A stretch of 64,000 nucleotides of DNA from Eledone cirrhosa (taxonomy: Eukaryota). Under the pieces are notes generated by a model. That model searched no databases. It worked only from the letters and a program-made list of their open reading frames with translations, and was not told the origin of the DNA. The stretch spans positions 62,001 to 126,000 of the forward strand of contig CAXHJY010001600.1 in the NCBI GenBank assembly GCA_964016885.1, in the 5' to 3' direction. This document shows, one piece after another, positions 12,936 to 25,949 of this stretch. The position numbers and the translations under genes are program-made. The first letter of the stretch is position 1. The number at the start of each line of letters is the position of its first letter.

Positions 12936-13146
12936 TGTGGGGATGGTGTGGTGGTGTGGAGGAGGTGACCGGAAGCTGGGGACGATCGACCGGAGGCAGA
13001 AGAGGAAGTGACGAGAGATGCTTACCCAGGAGCATTAATGGGCTCTCTTTCGGCTGTGACCCGCAACGGACGTGCGAATGCGAGCTGCAACTTGGCGAAT
13101 GGATTATACCCACGTGGATGAGGCTAGCTCGCTGAGTGAGCTAACA
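12936..13146. mobile_element. GC/CpG-rich 211-bp insert, possible solo LTR
   Basis: TGT...ACA ends, abrupt compositional shift; flanks aaact/gaatt match only 3 of 5. Confidence 0.4.
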
Positions 13147-13582
13147 GAATTGCGGTAAGTGCAGTAGTTTCTCATTACAAAACTATCATTCCAATTATAT
13201 ATTAAAACTAAATACATTTTCATCATTATATTTATAGACTTACATTTGTACCTCATAATACCCATAAATTCTATGAGGTTTACTACTGCTATAAATTCTC
13301 TAAAATTATATTTCATTAATGAGCATAATTGCAAAGGTTTTTATAAGCACATAAATCATCTGTTGCACAAATTTACACTAATGAGATCTTAATCTAAAAA
13401 AATGTTTTCTTACTTCAACACACAGCTACTCATTCAAACTGAGGTGGTATAGCTGTTATAGTTACTTTCAATGACTTCGTTCACTGACAAGTTATTATTT
13501 TATTGACCTCATGAATGGAAAGGCAAAGTCAAAGTCAACTCTAGCTGGATTCAAACTCATGATTCAGAGAAATGAAACTAAA

Positions 13583-13807
13583 TAATGGTTTCTGATTCAG
13601 GAACAAGGTCAGCAATTTGAAGGGAAGGAGAAAATTGATTAAATTGACCCTAGTATGTCTGTTACTGGTACTTAAATTTATCAGCCCCGTAAGGATAAAA
13701 AGCAAAGCTAACCTCGGCAGGATTTGAACATGAAATGTAAAGGGTGATAACTATATCCCGCAAAACATGTTGTCTGATACTCGACCAATACTGTGAACCA
13801 CCGCCCT
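13583..13807 (-). mobile_element. tRNA-derived SINE family B (diverged)
   Basis: Reverse-complement similarity to 58000-58184, ending ccaccgccc. Confidence 0.8.
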
Positions 13808-14512
13808 AAATGATGACAAGCTAAACACTTGTTATTTTATAATTTCTATCACCAAAGAATCTATTCTTTTCATTTGAACAACAATAATACTTCACTATAA
13901 GTAAAACATTTAAAACCCTGATTACATGAGTCTGTATACAGATTAAAAGAGTTTATTGCAAGATTATATATAACAACATAAAATATAATTACAAAAAAAA
14001 ACAAAAGTTATATCCCAAATATCTCATAAAATTTGGTAAAAAATTTCTTTTATGAACAAAATAAATAAAATCATTGAAATTAATATATAATTCTTATTTC
14101 AATTTTAAAAAATACTTCCTCAGTAGCTAGAAAGTTGTAATCTGGAATCTTATAATCTCAATGTTATAAATTCACAGCATGAAGATGAGAAATTAAAATA
14201 ACTTCTAAAACATATAAGCAAATACAATCCATAAAATATCTAAAAGAAAGAAAAAGCAATAAGCTTATCTTCATGAGTGCATTCATGGCTATGGGGTTAA
14301 GACATTTGCTTCACAATTACATGGGTCCGTGTTTGATCCAGCTGTGTGACACATTGGGCATGTGGCTTCTATAAGTGAAGTTTAATAAATAGGTGTCCTA
14401 TATTGTATGGTTGTGTTTTGGCAACAGATTGCATCAATTTGTCACATAGGTATTTATTCTGTGCAACTTTCTGTCTTTTATGTCAAAATAGGATAGCCAT
14501 TCAATAAATAAT

Positions 14513-14591
14513 TATTTCTACTCTTGGCACAAGGTCAGCAAATACCCAGTGCATTACTGGTACTTTATTTTATCGACCCCGTAAGGATGAA
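14513..14591 (-). mobile_element. 5'-truncated SINE family B with 18-bp TSD
   Basis: agccattcaataaataat at 14495-14512 and 14592-14609. Confidence 0.85.
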
Positions 14592-14808
14592 AGCCATTCA
14601 ATAAATAATGACCACCAAAATACCAAACAAATTACTGTGGTAGACTATCATGGTCACAGTCTAATGAAAACAACTGTAAAAGACTGCATATTGTACAAGA
14701 AAATATAAAATGTGCATAATTCAAAATGAAAACAAAGATCTTTTAGCAAATGAGCAAATATAGAAACAATACAAAACTAAAACATAAATTTTCAATATCA
14801 AAACTTAC

Positions 14809-15017
14809 CAAACCAAGTGACTTTAAGAGGAAGTTCGAATATTTTCAGATCACTAGTTTTATTCATACTGAAAAATATTGCAGAATCATTCAAAAGGAAA
14901 TTTCTTGGAGTGGATACTGTAACTATTATTTCAGTTTCAGTAATTTCATTCCCATAGCTGTAAACACCAACTGCAAGGCTAAGTAGGCACATACAGGACA
15001 TGATGGCCAAGTACATA
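14809..15017 (-). CDS. Astrotactin-like gene, TM2 exon
   Basis: tttatttttag|T ATG TAC...TGG TTT G|gtaagt; 209 nt, phase 2/1; MYLAIMSCMCLLSLAVGVYS-YGNEITETEIIVTVSTPRNFLLNDSAIFFS resembles (from memory) the ASTN TM2 and following VKVTLHVPEHF segment. Confidence 0.88.
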
Positions 15018-15529
15018 CTAAAAATAAAGGAAAGAAAGAGGAAAAAAAAATCAATCAATTTGAATCTTCATTTATATTAGAAAATCTTGTTTGATAGTCA
15101 AGTAAATGTTTAAACAAATATATCAGATAATATATTGGTTTACTGACTAGTAGCTAGCTGTCATGCTAAATTATATATTTATCATCAAGTGATTTAATAA
15201 TTTAACTTGAAGTTTCCAAGCCACTATGTAGTGGATAATTCAAATATATTTAGATAACTGAACACACATTTCTTTACATTTGAATGATCTTCTTAATATT
15301 AACAACTTTGGTGAAGGTAATACTTAATTTTCAACTTAGTCAATTGTGGCAAATAGGTAATGAGTGTCAGTATGTAATTCAGTATCAGTAGCAAAATTCA
15401 AACACACAACCACTTACTCACTACACTGCATTAATTCAGAATTTTAAAATAATCGTTTTAAGATGCATTGCAGAAATAATTTTAATCATGGGATTAGAGT
15501 AAACATGAAAATGTAACGAAGATTTGATT

Positions 15530-15580
15530 TACCTATTTCCTTGCTTGTAAGAGTTGCTCTTACAAGCAAGGAAATAGGTA
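15530..15580. repeat. Perfect 24-bp inverted repeat with 3-nt loop
   Basis: tacctatttccttgcttgtaagag-ttg-ctcttacaagcaaggaaataggta. Confidence 0.95.
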
Positions 15581-17244
15581 TTAAATGATGGTGATGAGTC
15601 CTTAACATCATGCTTGTGATATGATAAAAACTTTTAGCAACTTATTTTGTAAATCAAAGGTTTTCATCAGAATGGGGCAGTACTCAAGTGTAGCTACTGA
15701 CCTTTCCAATGGACCCAAAGCTAGCATGTCACTTATATAATTCCCACACTCTACTCTATGCTCAGATAAGCCAGTGGCTTGTATCTCACTTACACATTGC
15801 CGAGTGCATTTTATCATGGCAACCACATGAGAGAGATTACGTCTTTGCAAAAGCTGAAGAGTCCTTTGACCTTTCTATTCTACACCATACATTCATGGTC
15901 ACCTATAATCTATCAATCTTATGACACCATTGATAAGGATTTCCATTTGTTAATAGTCAACTTTGCTGCAGGTTTTCTGTCAGAATGCACTATCACACAA
16001 GGTATTCATGAGGACCCTTTTAGCTCACTCTTTTAACACAATCCTATCTCAGTCATCTCTCTCAGTATTTTTTTTATCTACAATACTAATCTGTATATTT
16101 TCTCCTGTAAACAGAAACATGACAATTTCAGTAAGACCCCTTCACACTGCACTCACAATGACTATGTCCACATGTAACCTCATCACATCATATTAATTAT
16201 AATTATTCTCTGCAATCAAATCTCTCAAATACAGCTTACAATAGAAATTCAACAATCAACTGTCATTGAAAACTACTAAATTAAAACATTACACATTTTA
16301 AGACATCAAGTACAGACAACACTAAATCCCCTCTACTTATAGCCACTATAATGATAAAACCACCCCATTTCTTACAATAGCTAGGCATACAATCTGCACA
16401 GGAATTACACATCCTGCACATAAATGGTAGCAATTACAAACTCTTCATTTCTGAACTCCAGCCCTAAAGAGTTATTAAGAACAACAATACACTACAGAAA
16501 TGTACACACATACACAAAACATATTTTAAAATCCCAATGATTTTTGCTTAAAAACAAATCTTCAGACATCATCACTACAGCTAGGAACCTCTCAATAGTT
16601 TCTATTTAATGAATTTCACTACTTTTACTAATGATCCTCTTCGATCATTACAACAAGTATGTTCTCCAATTATATTCAGTCTAAACTGTGGCTTTGTTTC
16701 ATACCAAATATTCTGCCAAGCAAATTTTTCCTTTTTCACTTGGCTTCCCTCTAGAACTTTCACATTTCGTTGTTTCATGATTCAACTAACCAGATAGATA
16801 CCAAACAAAATAATACTAATATTGACTGCTTTCAATTATCTATAGTGCCAGGTCTTGCAGAGCTTCAAATTCCCAGAAAAACTTATTAAAAAATAATATT
16901 GGTCTTAGATATCATATATAAATAATATACAAGATCTGAATATACAATATCCTGAACATAATTTAAATAAGTTCATTAGAAATAAATATATCAGTTTTCT
17001 GTAAAAGACTGGTAAAAGTAATAAAAGTCATCTTAATATTGATTTCATCTTAAGCATAAGTCTGAAAATTCTGATGGAGGGATCACAGTACTGTATTTCA
17101 TCAACTGCTGAAGGATGGAAGATAAAGCTTGCTTAAGTAAAAGGTTGATATGTGAGTGATACAATGTTTTAAGTTAATCCTCACAGAATTATGGTTCAAA
17201 AGATAATGAACTAGAACCAATATTGCTATTATCAAACTTCATTT

Positions 17245-17584
17245 CATTCATCATTTCATTTTACGTCCACTTTTTCCCAGCTTGCAAGTGGGGGAGTGGA
17301 ACTGATTCTGGCTTGATTTCTACAGCTGGATGCCCTTCCTAACACCAACCTCATTTTACAGTGAGTGCTGGGTGCTTTTTTTGCCGTGGCACCTGCACGA
17401 CCCATTTGCAGTGGAATGATATGGACCCCAGTCCCTATCATCTCATTTCTACAGCTGAGTAAACTGGAGCAATGTGAAATAAAGTGTCGTGCTCAAGGAA
17501 ACAACACATCACCCGGTCTGAGAATTGAACTCACAACCTTTTGATTACAAGGCCAATGCTCTAACCACTAAGCCACGTGCCTCC
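17245..17584 (-). mobile_element. SINE family A, full length
   Basis: Reverse complement of 31216-31550 including the tRNA-like head. Confidence 0.9.
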
Positions 17585-17781
17585 ACTTATGTTTGGAATA
17601 TAAGGTTCTTTACATAAAATTATGATGGAAGGTTATCTTTTAAATAAAGATAATGTAAAATGAGGGATAAAATTTATATAATAGAATTAATGGCATTCTC
17701 AGATGGTTGGGTAATGAAAATATCAATGGGACCCAATAAAATAACAGAGAAAACAACATTGATTATTACAAAAAATATATA

Positions 17782-19670
17782 CGTGATATTGTCGGGGAGA
17801 AGTGTGTCCTTAATGATGATGGTGTACTTGCCATCACTGACGCTGATAAGAAGGTAGCTTGGAAGTGTCACTACGAAAGGCTACTAAATGAGGAGAATAA
17901 TTGTTAGAAAGACAGTCTCCCCCACATCAATCCAATAGAGGGACAAGCAGTGCAAGTTGAAGGTAGTATAATAAGTAAGGCGATCAAAGACATGAAGACA
18001 GGCAAGGCGGCTGGGCCTTCGGAAATAGTTGCTGAAATGCTGAAAGCATCTGGAACGGTGGGACACATTATGGTCACCTGGATAGTAAACCAAGTCATAC
18101 AGAATGGGGTCGTTCCGAAGGACTGGCATAGCAGCATCATCATTAATTGCTACAAGGGTAAAGGAGATGCTCTAGATAGGGGAAACTATAGAGGCATTAA
18201 ATTAATTGACCAGGTCATGAAGGTCACAGAAAAAGTAATAGCGCAACTAATCAGAGAGAGAATTGACCTAGATGAAATGCAGTTCGGGTTTGTGTCAGGT
18301 AAAAGTACAACAGATGCTCTTTTCATTGTACGACAACTACAGGAGAAGTACCTAGATAAAAGTAAACCCCTATACTTAGCTTTTGTCGACTTGGAGAAAG
18401 CCTTTGACAGAGTACCCCGCTCGATTATCTGGTGGGCTCTTAGAAAACTAGGTGTTGATGAATGGCTTGTGAGAGCTATACAAGCCATAAACAGTCAGCA
18501 AGGTTAGAATTAACAACGAATATAGTGAAGAGTTTAGCGTAAAAGTTGGTGTTCATCAGGGCTCTGTCCTTAGCACCCTACTATTTATTATTGCCCTTCA
18601 GGCTATAACAGAGGAGTTCAAGACCGGCTGCCCATGGGAACTCCTATATGCAGATGATCTAACGCTCATAGCTGAATCAATGGCTGAACTAGAGAAGAAA
18701 TTCCAAACATGGAAGCATGGCCTAGAATCAAAAGGCCTTAAAATTAACCTGTCTAAGACTAAAGTTCTAGTTTGTAGGAAGGAAAATAGGGCACTGGTCC
18801 CATCTGGGAAATGGCCATGCTCAGTGTGTAGGAAAGGAGTAGGCAGAAACTCCATTTTATGTCCCAAATGCAAAGTATGGGTGCATAAAAGATGTAGTGG
18901 AATCACAGGTAAGCAAACTAAGAATATAGATTTTATATGTGGCCGGTGCTCAGGTGCAATTAGTAGCAGCAAGTGGCCACAGAATACTAACTCATTCCAT
19001 TGCACAGGTGGTTCTATAGAAATAGTGGACAGCTTCCGTTACCTGGGTGACAAAATCAGCAGTGGGGGAGGGTGCTCTGAAAGTACAGTAGCTAGAGTCA
19101 GAACGGGATGGAAAAAGTTCAGAGAGCTTATACCACTATTGGCCGCTAAAGGGTTCTCTCTAAAAATGAAAGGCAGGCTGTATGATGCCTGCATACGAAC
19201 AGCAATGTTACATGGCAGTGAGACCTGGGCATTATGTGCAGAGGATATACGCAGACTGAAGAGGAACGAAGCTTGCATGCTCCGCTGGATGTGTAATAGT
19301 AATATACGTGAACGGCAAAGCATAAACGAAGTAATGGAAAAATTAGAAATAAGTGGGAGCAGATGTTGTTTACTCGAGAGAAGACTACGTTGGTATGGTC
19401 ACGTGATGCGCATGAAAGACGACAGCTGTATAAAAAAGTGCAGGGCAATAAAAATAGACGGTAACCACGGAGTAGGCAAACCCAGAAAAACCTGGGACGA
19501 CTTGATAAATTCCGACCTCACACACTTACACCTCTCCAAGAGAATGTCACTGGACCGAGGTCTTTGGCGCTACACAGTAATACAGAAGACCCGCCTTGCC
19601 TAAGTACAAAGCGAAACCTACAGTCAGTAGGCACCTCTAACAAAAATACACCCCCGATGATGATGATGAT
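17782..19670 (+). mobile_element. RTE-clade LINE, 5'-truncated (subfamily 2)
   Basis: KAAGPS, YKGKGD, NYRGIKL, QFGF, DLEKAFD, YADD; 8-nt deletion near 18488 relative to the 8206-10002 copy shifts the frame; (GAT)n tail. Confidence 0.96.
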
Positions 19671-20295
19671 ATAATTTGAGGAAAACAATATGTATGTTAT
19701 AAAAGGCCAGTAAACAAAATTTATGAATGACTTATCATGATATTATATCCAAAAGAAAGTTACTGATAAGTATTCTAAAGGATATTTCTATTTTTTTCAA
19801 ATTAGACTCCTTAAAAAAATATTTTGAGCCTCAAACAACATGGAAACTAATTTATTATTTTACCTTTTTTCAAAATTTCAGATTTCGTAACTTCTATTTT
19901 ATTCAATATTTTACAATATTTCCACTAATTATGTATTGTACTGCTTCGTGAAGACACATTCTAAACATTTTGTAAATAGCTGTAAATCTATCATATACTA
20001 CATTTAATTAGAGTAAATGGTAGTGCAGAAATAGAGAAATATACTTTACTATTACTAATAAGCATTTAATCATTAGTGAAGAATGCTTAAATGAAATGCC
20101 TTCTAATAATAGGATAGGTAAAGATATAAGCAGTTCAAACTGTGATCAAGAAAGTATGTAAACTTTAACTATCAAATCTAATTGCAAAACCAAATTCAAT
20201 TAAAAATTGCTATCGGCTTTTAAAGTCAAGTAAAAAAAAGTAACTTTTTGAACAATTATTAACCATATAAATTCCATAGTTACAAAAACCTCTAA

Positions 20296-20650
20296 TCATC
20301 ATCACCATCTTACATCCATTCTTCCACGCTAGTATAGGTTAGACGGGTTGTCCTGTTGTGGGCAGTGTCCGGTCGGCTGACCTTGTCTCGCTCATATGGG
20401 AACTGATTTTGGCTTGATTTCTACAGCTGGATGCCCTTCCTAACACCAACCTCATTTACAGTGAGTGCTGGGTGCTTTTTTTCCATGGCACCTACACGTC
20501 CACTTTACAGTGTGGGCTGGGTGCTTTTTTGCCGTGGCACCTCCACGACCACTTTGCAGTGAAATGATAGGGACTCCAGTCCTATCATCTCATTTCTACA
20601 GCTGAGTAAACTGGAGCAATGTGAAATAAAGTGTCTTGCTCAAGGAAATA
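20296..20650 (-). mobile_element. SINE family A body with long RTE-type tail, 5'-truncated
   Basis: Central block as in 31216-31550 joined to a tail matching RTE 3' UTR 36715-36983. Confidence 0.85.
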
Positions 20651-20671
20651 ACTCTAATATAAACATTAACC

Positions 20672-20810
20672 AGTTAATATGGAATATTTAGGTTAGTAAC
20701 AATTTAAAAAGTTATTTTTGTATGTTTTACTATGAATAAATGAAACATACAAAATAAAACTTATAAATAATTTTTGAAATTGTTACTAACCTAAATATTC
20801 TATATTAACT
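20672..20810. repeat. Imperfect ~46-bp inverted repeat (MITE-like)
   Basis: agttaatatggaatatttaggttagtaacaattt... / ...aaattgttactaacctaaatattctatattaact. Confidence 0.8.
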
Positions 20811-23800
20811 TTTAAGAGATAAAAATGTACTAGCATTTTTATCTCCTATGACTTGTGTACCAAAGATGTATTGGTATATATTAATTAAAGCAAATGTGAT
20901 AAAATTGTATCTTTTATCCTATTTTTAACAATATTTTAAAGCAAAATTCAATGAGTAACTCCAGTATAGGACAGTAAAATAGTGAAAATAGTACTGGCAT
21001 TAATATGTATTTCAAAAACAGTGACTATATAATTTTCAGTCAGTGTATGGTTAAATTGCAAGAGCTATAGCTTAGTATCCCTGACTAAAACATATCTGCT
21101 TGTCTTGATCTGCCATGATAAAATTGTTAATTCATAATTTTTAGTTCATAATTTAGTTTCTAGAATTCGGAGTGGGATAGAGGGACTAAAAACCTGGGTT
21201 ATCATGCCTGTTTCTACTTGGGCATTGAGAACATTTGTGATGCCACTGAGCTCAGAACAATACAGCTTCGAATCATTGTTGTTGCAGGAATTGCAAGAGT
21301 GAAGTTAAGTTAACATCTGACTGTCTTAAGGATTTGTAGAAATTACATTAACACCAATGCCTTGATTCACACAGGACCTTTTTTATCAACCCAAAAAGAG
21401 AAAATGTTCACTTCAACAGGATTTGAACTCAGAATGTAAAGAGTCAGAGTAAACACTGCAAAGTACTTTGTCAATTGCTCTAATGAATCTACCATCAACT
21501 ACCTTTATTTTTATATTATTATTATTAATATACATACAAATGAATTCATATAAGTGAAAGGTTATAAGATAAAATAAAAAATATCTGAAGGATGTAAAAA
21601 ATGCTAGAATGCTTTCAGTAACTTTCTGTCACACTGAATTATAATTATATGGGAAATAAATATAAACACGAAGGAATAATAAATATCAGAGATTAAATGA
21701 CATCACACCAGCTTATTAAAATGGTATTGCTGATGTGAAAGCAAAAATTCTAACAGATTGGCATCTAAAAGAAAAAAAGATCTTAACATGTTCAACATTT
21801 CTACCTTTTACTTTTAAATCCTAAAAAAATGTATTCTCTTGTTTTCATATAGACAATACATTTAGAAAGCAGTGTTAATGTTATTGATGTTTAAAAACCA
21901 AAAAAATCAAATAATCATAAGTTCAGTTGTTTTCAGTAGTAGAATATATTGTAAATCATAATATCAACAGGGTATGTAAATAAAAATGTAAAATAGCAAG
22001 TACCATTTTCAGAAAGCAAATTCCTTTTAAATTTATGTAAAAACAAAAATTATTACAATATAATTACAAACGAAATCATTCTTAAAGAAGAAATAGAAAA
22101 GTTGGAGTTGAGATTGATATAAGAATGAATAATTGAAAAGCAAATATTAAAAAGCCAAAATGCTATTAAATTCAGTTTATATAAGCAAATAACAAAATGA
22201 CAATGAGTGAATTTGTATTTTAATGTGCTTTTGAATCTTATTCATAAAAGGCATAATTTTTTGTTTTAAATTTCTGTATAAATACAACATAATCAATTAA
22301 CACTTATTGGTTTAAGAATATATAAATATAACCAACAGGCACAGGCATGGCTTTGTCGTTCAGAAGTTCACTTTGGAAACGTGGTTTCAAATTCAGTTCT
22401 ACTGTATAAGACCTTAGGCAATTGTCTTCTAATATAATCTTAAGACAAGCAATGCTTTTGGAGTAAATTTGTATGGTGGCCACAGAGTGTCTACATGTCA
22501 GTTTCTCTGAACATTTTCATATTGGTGCAATTTAAGAGGCAAATACCAATGCTTGTTTATGTCTTCTGTAAATAGTAAGTTCTGCTGTGCATTGGTTTGT
22601 TGAACATCAGCAGTAAATACCATACTTAGAGTAAAGTATGTGTTGGTATCAGTAAGGGTAATGAGCCATAAAAATTTCCCATCCAACTCAAGCAAGCATG
22701 GAAAAAGTAGACATAAAAAGAATGAAGATGAATTGATATGAACAGAAGTTTCACTTAGATATTTCAGATTTAAAGATATTCCAGAAGTTAAACCATTAAC
22801 TCACTCTGAAACTTCTCTAAACAATGAGACATTTTTTTTGTTAACAAGTATTAATTTTGACCAATTTATTTTCAAAACGACAACCACCACTTTATTTCAG
22901 TAATAATTACTGTAATTATCTTTGAACTAAAACACAATGGACTTTTCAGAACAAATTTCAAGTCAAGATTTCTTTCTTTTTTACCCTCAACATTGAATTC
23001 AAATACATTTAAGCAAATTATTCCTGGCAATAACAACTTCCCTTTAATTGAATCCTAACACCCATTATTAGCAATAACAACAATCTCACATTTCTTGAAA
23101 TATCTAAGAAATTTCATTCTGAAAATAGACACCCATTGTGCATACAAAAGACACCCTAAATTTCTTTCTAATTCTGATTTAAAATAATAACAAGGATTTC
23201 TAACTTTGGTACAAGGCCTTAAATCTTAGAGAGGGGTGCAGTCATTTAGTGCTTGTTTATGACTCTAAGAAGAACGAAAGGCTGAATTTGAACTTAGAAC
23301 ACATAAAGCATCGTATAATATTGACAATAATACTGATTATGTTAAATCAAGTCATTGTTCGTAAGTCTAAAACGTACCACTTTTCTTTCAAAATCAATGC
23401 TTTTCTTGTCATAATTTCCCAGCTCTAAATTATAAGTAAAATTTCTAAAACCTTTAAACGCCAATAAAAGAATATTACAAGTTCTTTGTCTCTAAGTTCG
23501 AATTGTTCTACTCTGTTATTATTCTTCAGTTAGCTTATCGCATATTTAAACTTAAAATATATAAAGAAAACTGATAAGTAGTTTGACTTACATATTTTGT
23601 TATCCCTATAAAAAATATTAGAGAGCTAGTTACTAGACATTAATTTCTTCTCATAATCATTCTAAAGACATAGTCATATGGTTGCCAAAAATCAATAGTT
23701 TTTATCATATCAATATAAATTTTAGCAATATATGTCTATAACTTTAAAAATAGAACATTTCCCAAAATTACTTCATTAGATAAATGTTATTATTTCTCAT

Positions 23801-23956
23801 TCTTTGTACAATTGCTATAGAAAGGCAGCGGCTGATAAAATATTGCTTTTTATGTCTCTTAACAAAAGAAATTTAAATTACAATAAATCAAAACATTACA
23901 ACACTCAAAAGTGTAAAGAATTCAATATTTATTTGTATATAAGAAACTTGACTTAC

Positions 23957-24711
23957 TGTTTTGATCCTGATGTTGGTTTTCTCCCAACACTACCACCACT
24001 GGTACCTTGACCTTGACCAGGCTGCTCCTCCTTGGGACTCTCAGCACCTCTGGAATTCCTTAGTGACTGATATTTTGGAGGAACTTGAGGCGGAGCAACT
24101 CCTAACAAAGTTTTACTGCGTTTTGGAGTAGATTGGTTTGACTGAGAGCGACCATTCGTTTCATCTCCAGAATCAGGGGTCATAGGACTCCCAAGCTTTC
24201 CAGGAGACGCAGCTCTTGGAGATATTGGGCGAAAAGTTGCCAGTCGAGGTTGACCTTGTGCTGAAACACTAGATGATAACCAAGCTGCTTTTGACTCAGC
24301 AGAGGATGTGATTGAAGATGCTGGTTGTACTTCTTCAAGGTTAGGCATTGGAAACATTTGTGAAGGATCTTCAATCCCAGGATCAACATCAACAGTCGTA
24401 TCTGTGGTTCCAAGAAATACTTTCTGAGCTTCATTTCCAAAAATTGGGTCACCGCTACTTCGAAATGCTGAAGGCTGTCCGCTCTCAGGCAAAGTACTGA
24501 TTTCATCCGCAAGCTGAACATTTCCTGTTGGACTGAAACTAGGAGTTTCAATTTGAGAAGGCTTAACTAAAACATTAACAAAAGCATCAGATGAATCAGT
24601 TGCTGTTCTACTTTTATACTGTTTTGTTCCATCCTTACTGTGGATTTCAGCAGCTGTCACCAGAATTCTACTCTCATCACTTGCTGCTGATTGAAATTCT
24701 TGAAAATCACT
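23957..24711 (-). CDS. Astrotactin-like gene, large Ser/Pro-rich cytoplasmic exon
   Basis: ttttctttgcag|AGT GAT...TCA AAA CA|gtaagt; 755 nt open, phase 0/2; the CA completes a His codon with the first T of the next exon. Confidence 0.88.
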
Positions 24712-24812
24712 CTGCAAAGAAAATGGGATACCAATATGTTGGAATTGGTATTCAGGATAATTTTGATATTTATAAAACGATTACATAGTTTAAAAAAATG
24801 AATGCCACTTAC

Positions 24813-25037
24813 TGACGGCTCGATGATTGATGTCCTTGAACTACTCTCAGAAAGGTCACATTGCTCCATGCCCTCATCTCCATTGCCTTTCCTCTCAGGC
24901 CAAGCCAAATCAACCCTAACAGGTAAAGTTGCATATTCACTTTTCATAAATTCAGTTTCTTCTTCATCTCTCTCTCCACCACTGTCATCAGACAAGTCTT
25001 TTGTGGCTTCAAAAGCACCAGATTTCTTCAATTCCTC
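24813..25037 (-). CDS. Astrotactin-like gene, cytoplasmic loop exon
   Basis: ttttcttattag|GAG GAA TTG...CCG TCA|gtaagt; 225 nt, phase 0/0, EELKKSGAFEATK...SRTSIIEPS; followed by a 101-nt intron. Confidence 0.85.
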
Positions 25038-25704
25038 CTAATAAGAAAATAAAGGAAAAACAATAATTGAATCATATTATTAGCAAGTTAAAAACTTTTC
25101 AAATGACGAAATATTTTATCATTCAATAAAATTAAGAAATATTATAAAACAATAAAACATGACTAGAAATCTTCCTCTCAGCTGAAATATTTCAAACTTT
25201 GGAGAAAATAATTGTTACTCAATATTAAATAAATTTGCAAGAAAAAAAGTATTATGTGTGAAATGTGTATACATATACATTGTAGTTGAAGTAAATGCAT
25301 AGAAGACATGAGCAATCAATATGCATTGCATTAAAAGATCTTGGTAAAGGCTAGACCATTCCATGGTAACAAAAAATCTTTGCCTTCTTTGAGTTGCTGA
25401 AAGCCTTGAAAATTCTCTATGCTAAGGAGCCTATCTTTAATAAAAACTTAGTTGATTTTAGCTTGTTAGAAGGATATTCAAGATCTTTTCACACTACAGA
25501 CCCACTCTGCCCAGGCATGTGATATTGATCTACACATCATCAAAACTGATGTAGATCCATTCCATGTATGTGCATATGTATATGCATAAGTATGTATATC
25601 TATATGTGTGTGTGTATGTTTGTAAACATGTGTATGTATACATTAGCATGTACATGTATAAGCATGTGTACACCAGCATATTTATATGTGTGCATTTCTA
25701 CATC

Positions 25705-25949
25705 ATGTATAAAGAAACAGTCAGCAAGGTTAGAATTAACAACGAATATAGTGAAGAGTTTAGCGTAAAAGTTGGTGTTCATCAGAGCTCCGTTTTTAGC
25801 CCCCTACTATTTATCATTGCCCTTCAGGCTATAACAGTGGAGTTCAAGACCGGCTGCCCATGGGAACTCTTATACGCAGATGATCTAACGCTCATAGCTG
25901 AATCAATGGCCGAACTAGAGAAGAAATTCCAAACATGGAAGCATGGCCT
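25705..25949 (+). mobile_element. Internal RTE RT fragment lacking the 3' end
   Basis: [13 protein letters not shown]...LLYADDL...TWKHGL, nearly identical to 18490-18724. Confidence 0.9.

Noticed and set aside
12888-13113. 5' portion of ORF 12742-13113 as host coding sequence
   Set aside because: Runs through intron and a GC-rich insert; the phase-1 acceptor at 12887 fits the upstream exon.
8868-19448. ORFs antisense to RT or transposase frames (e.g. 9218-9613, 9695-10039, 18186-18488, 18598-19005, 19039-19323)
   Set aside because: Shadow frames of TE coding sequence.
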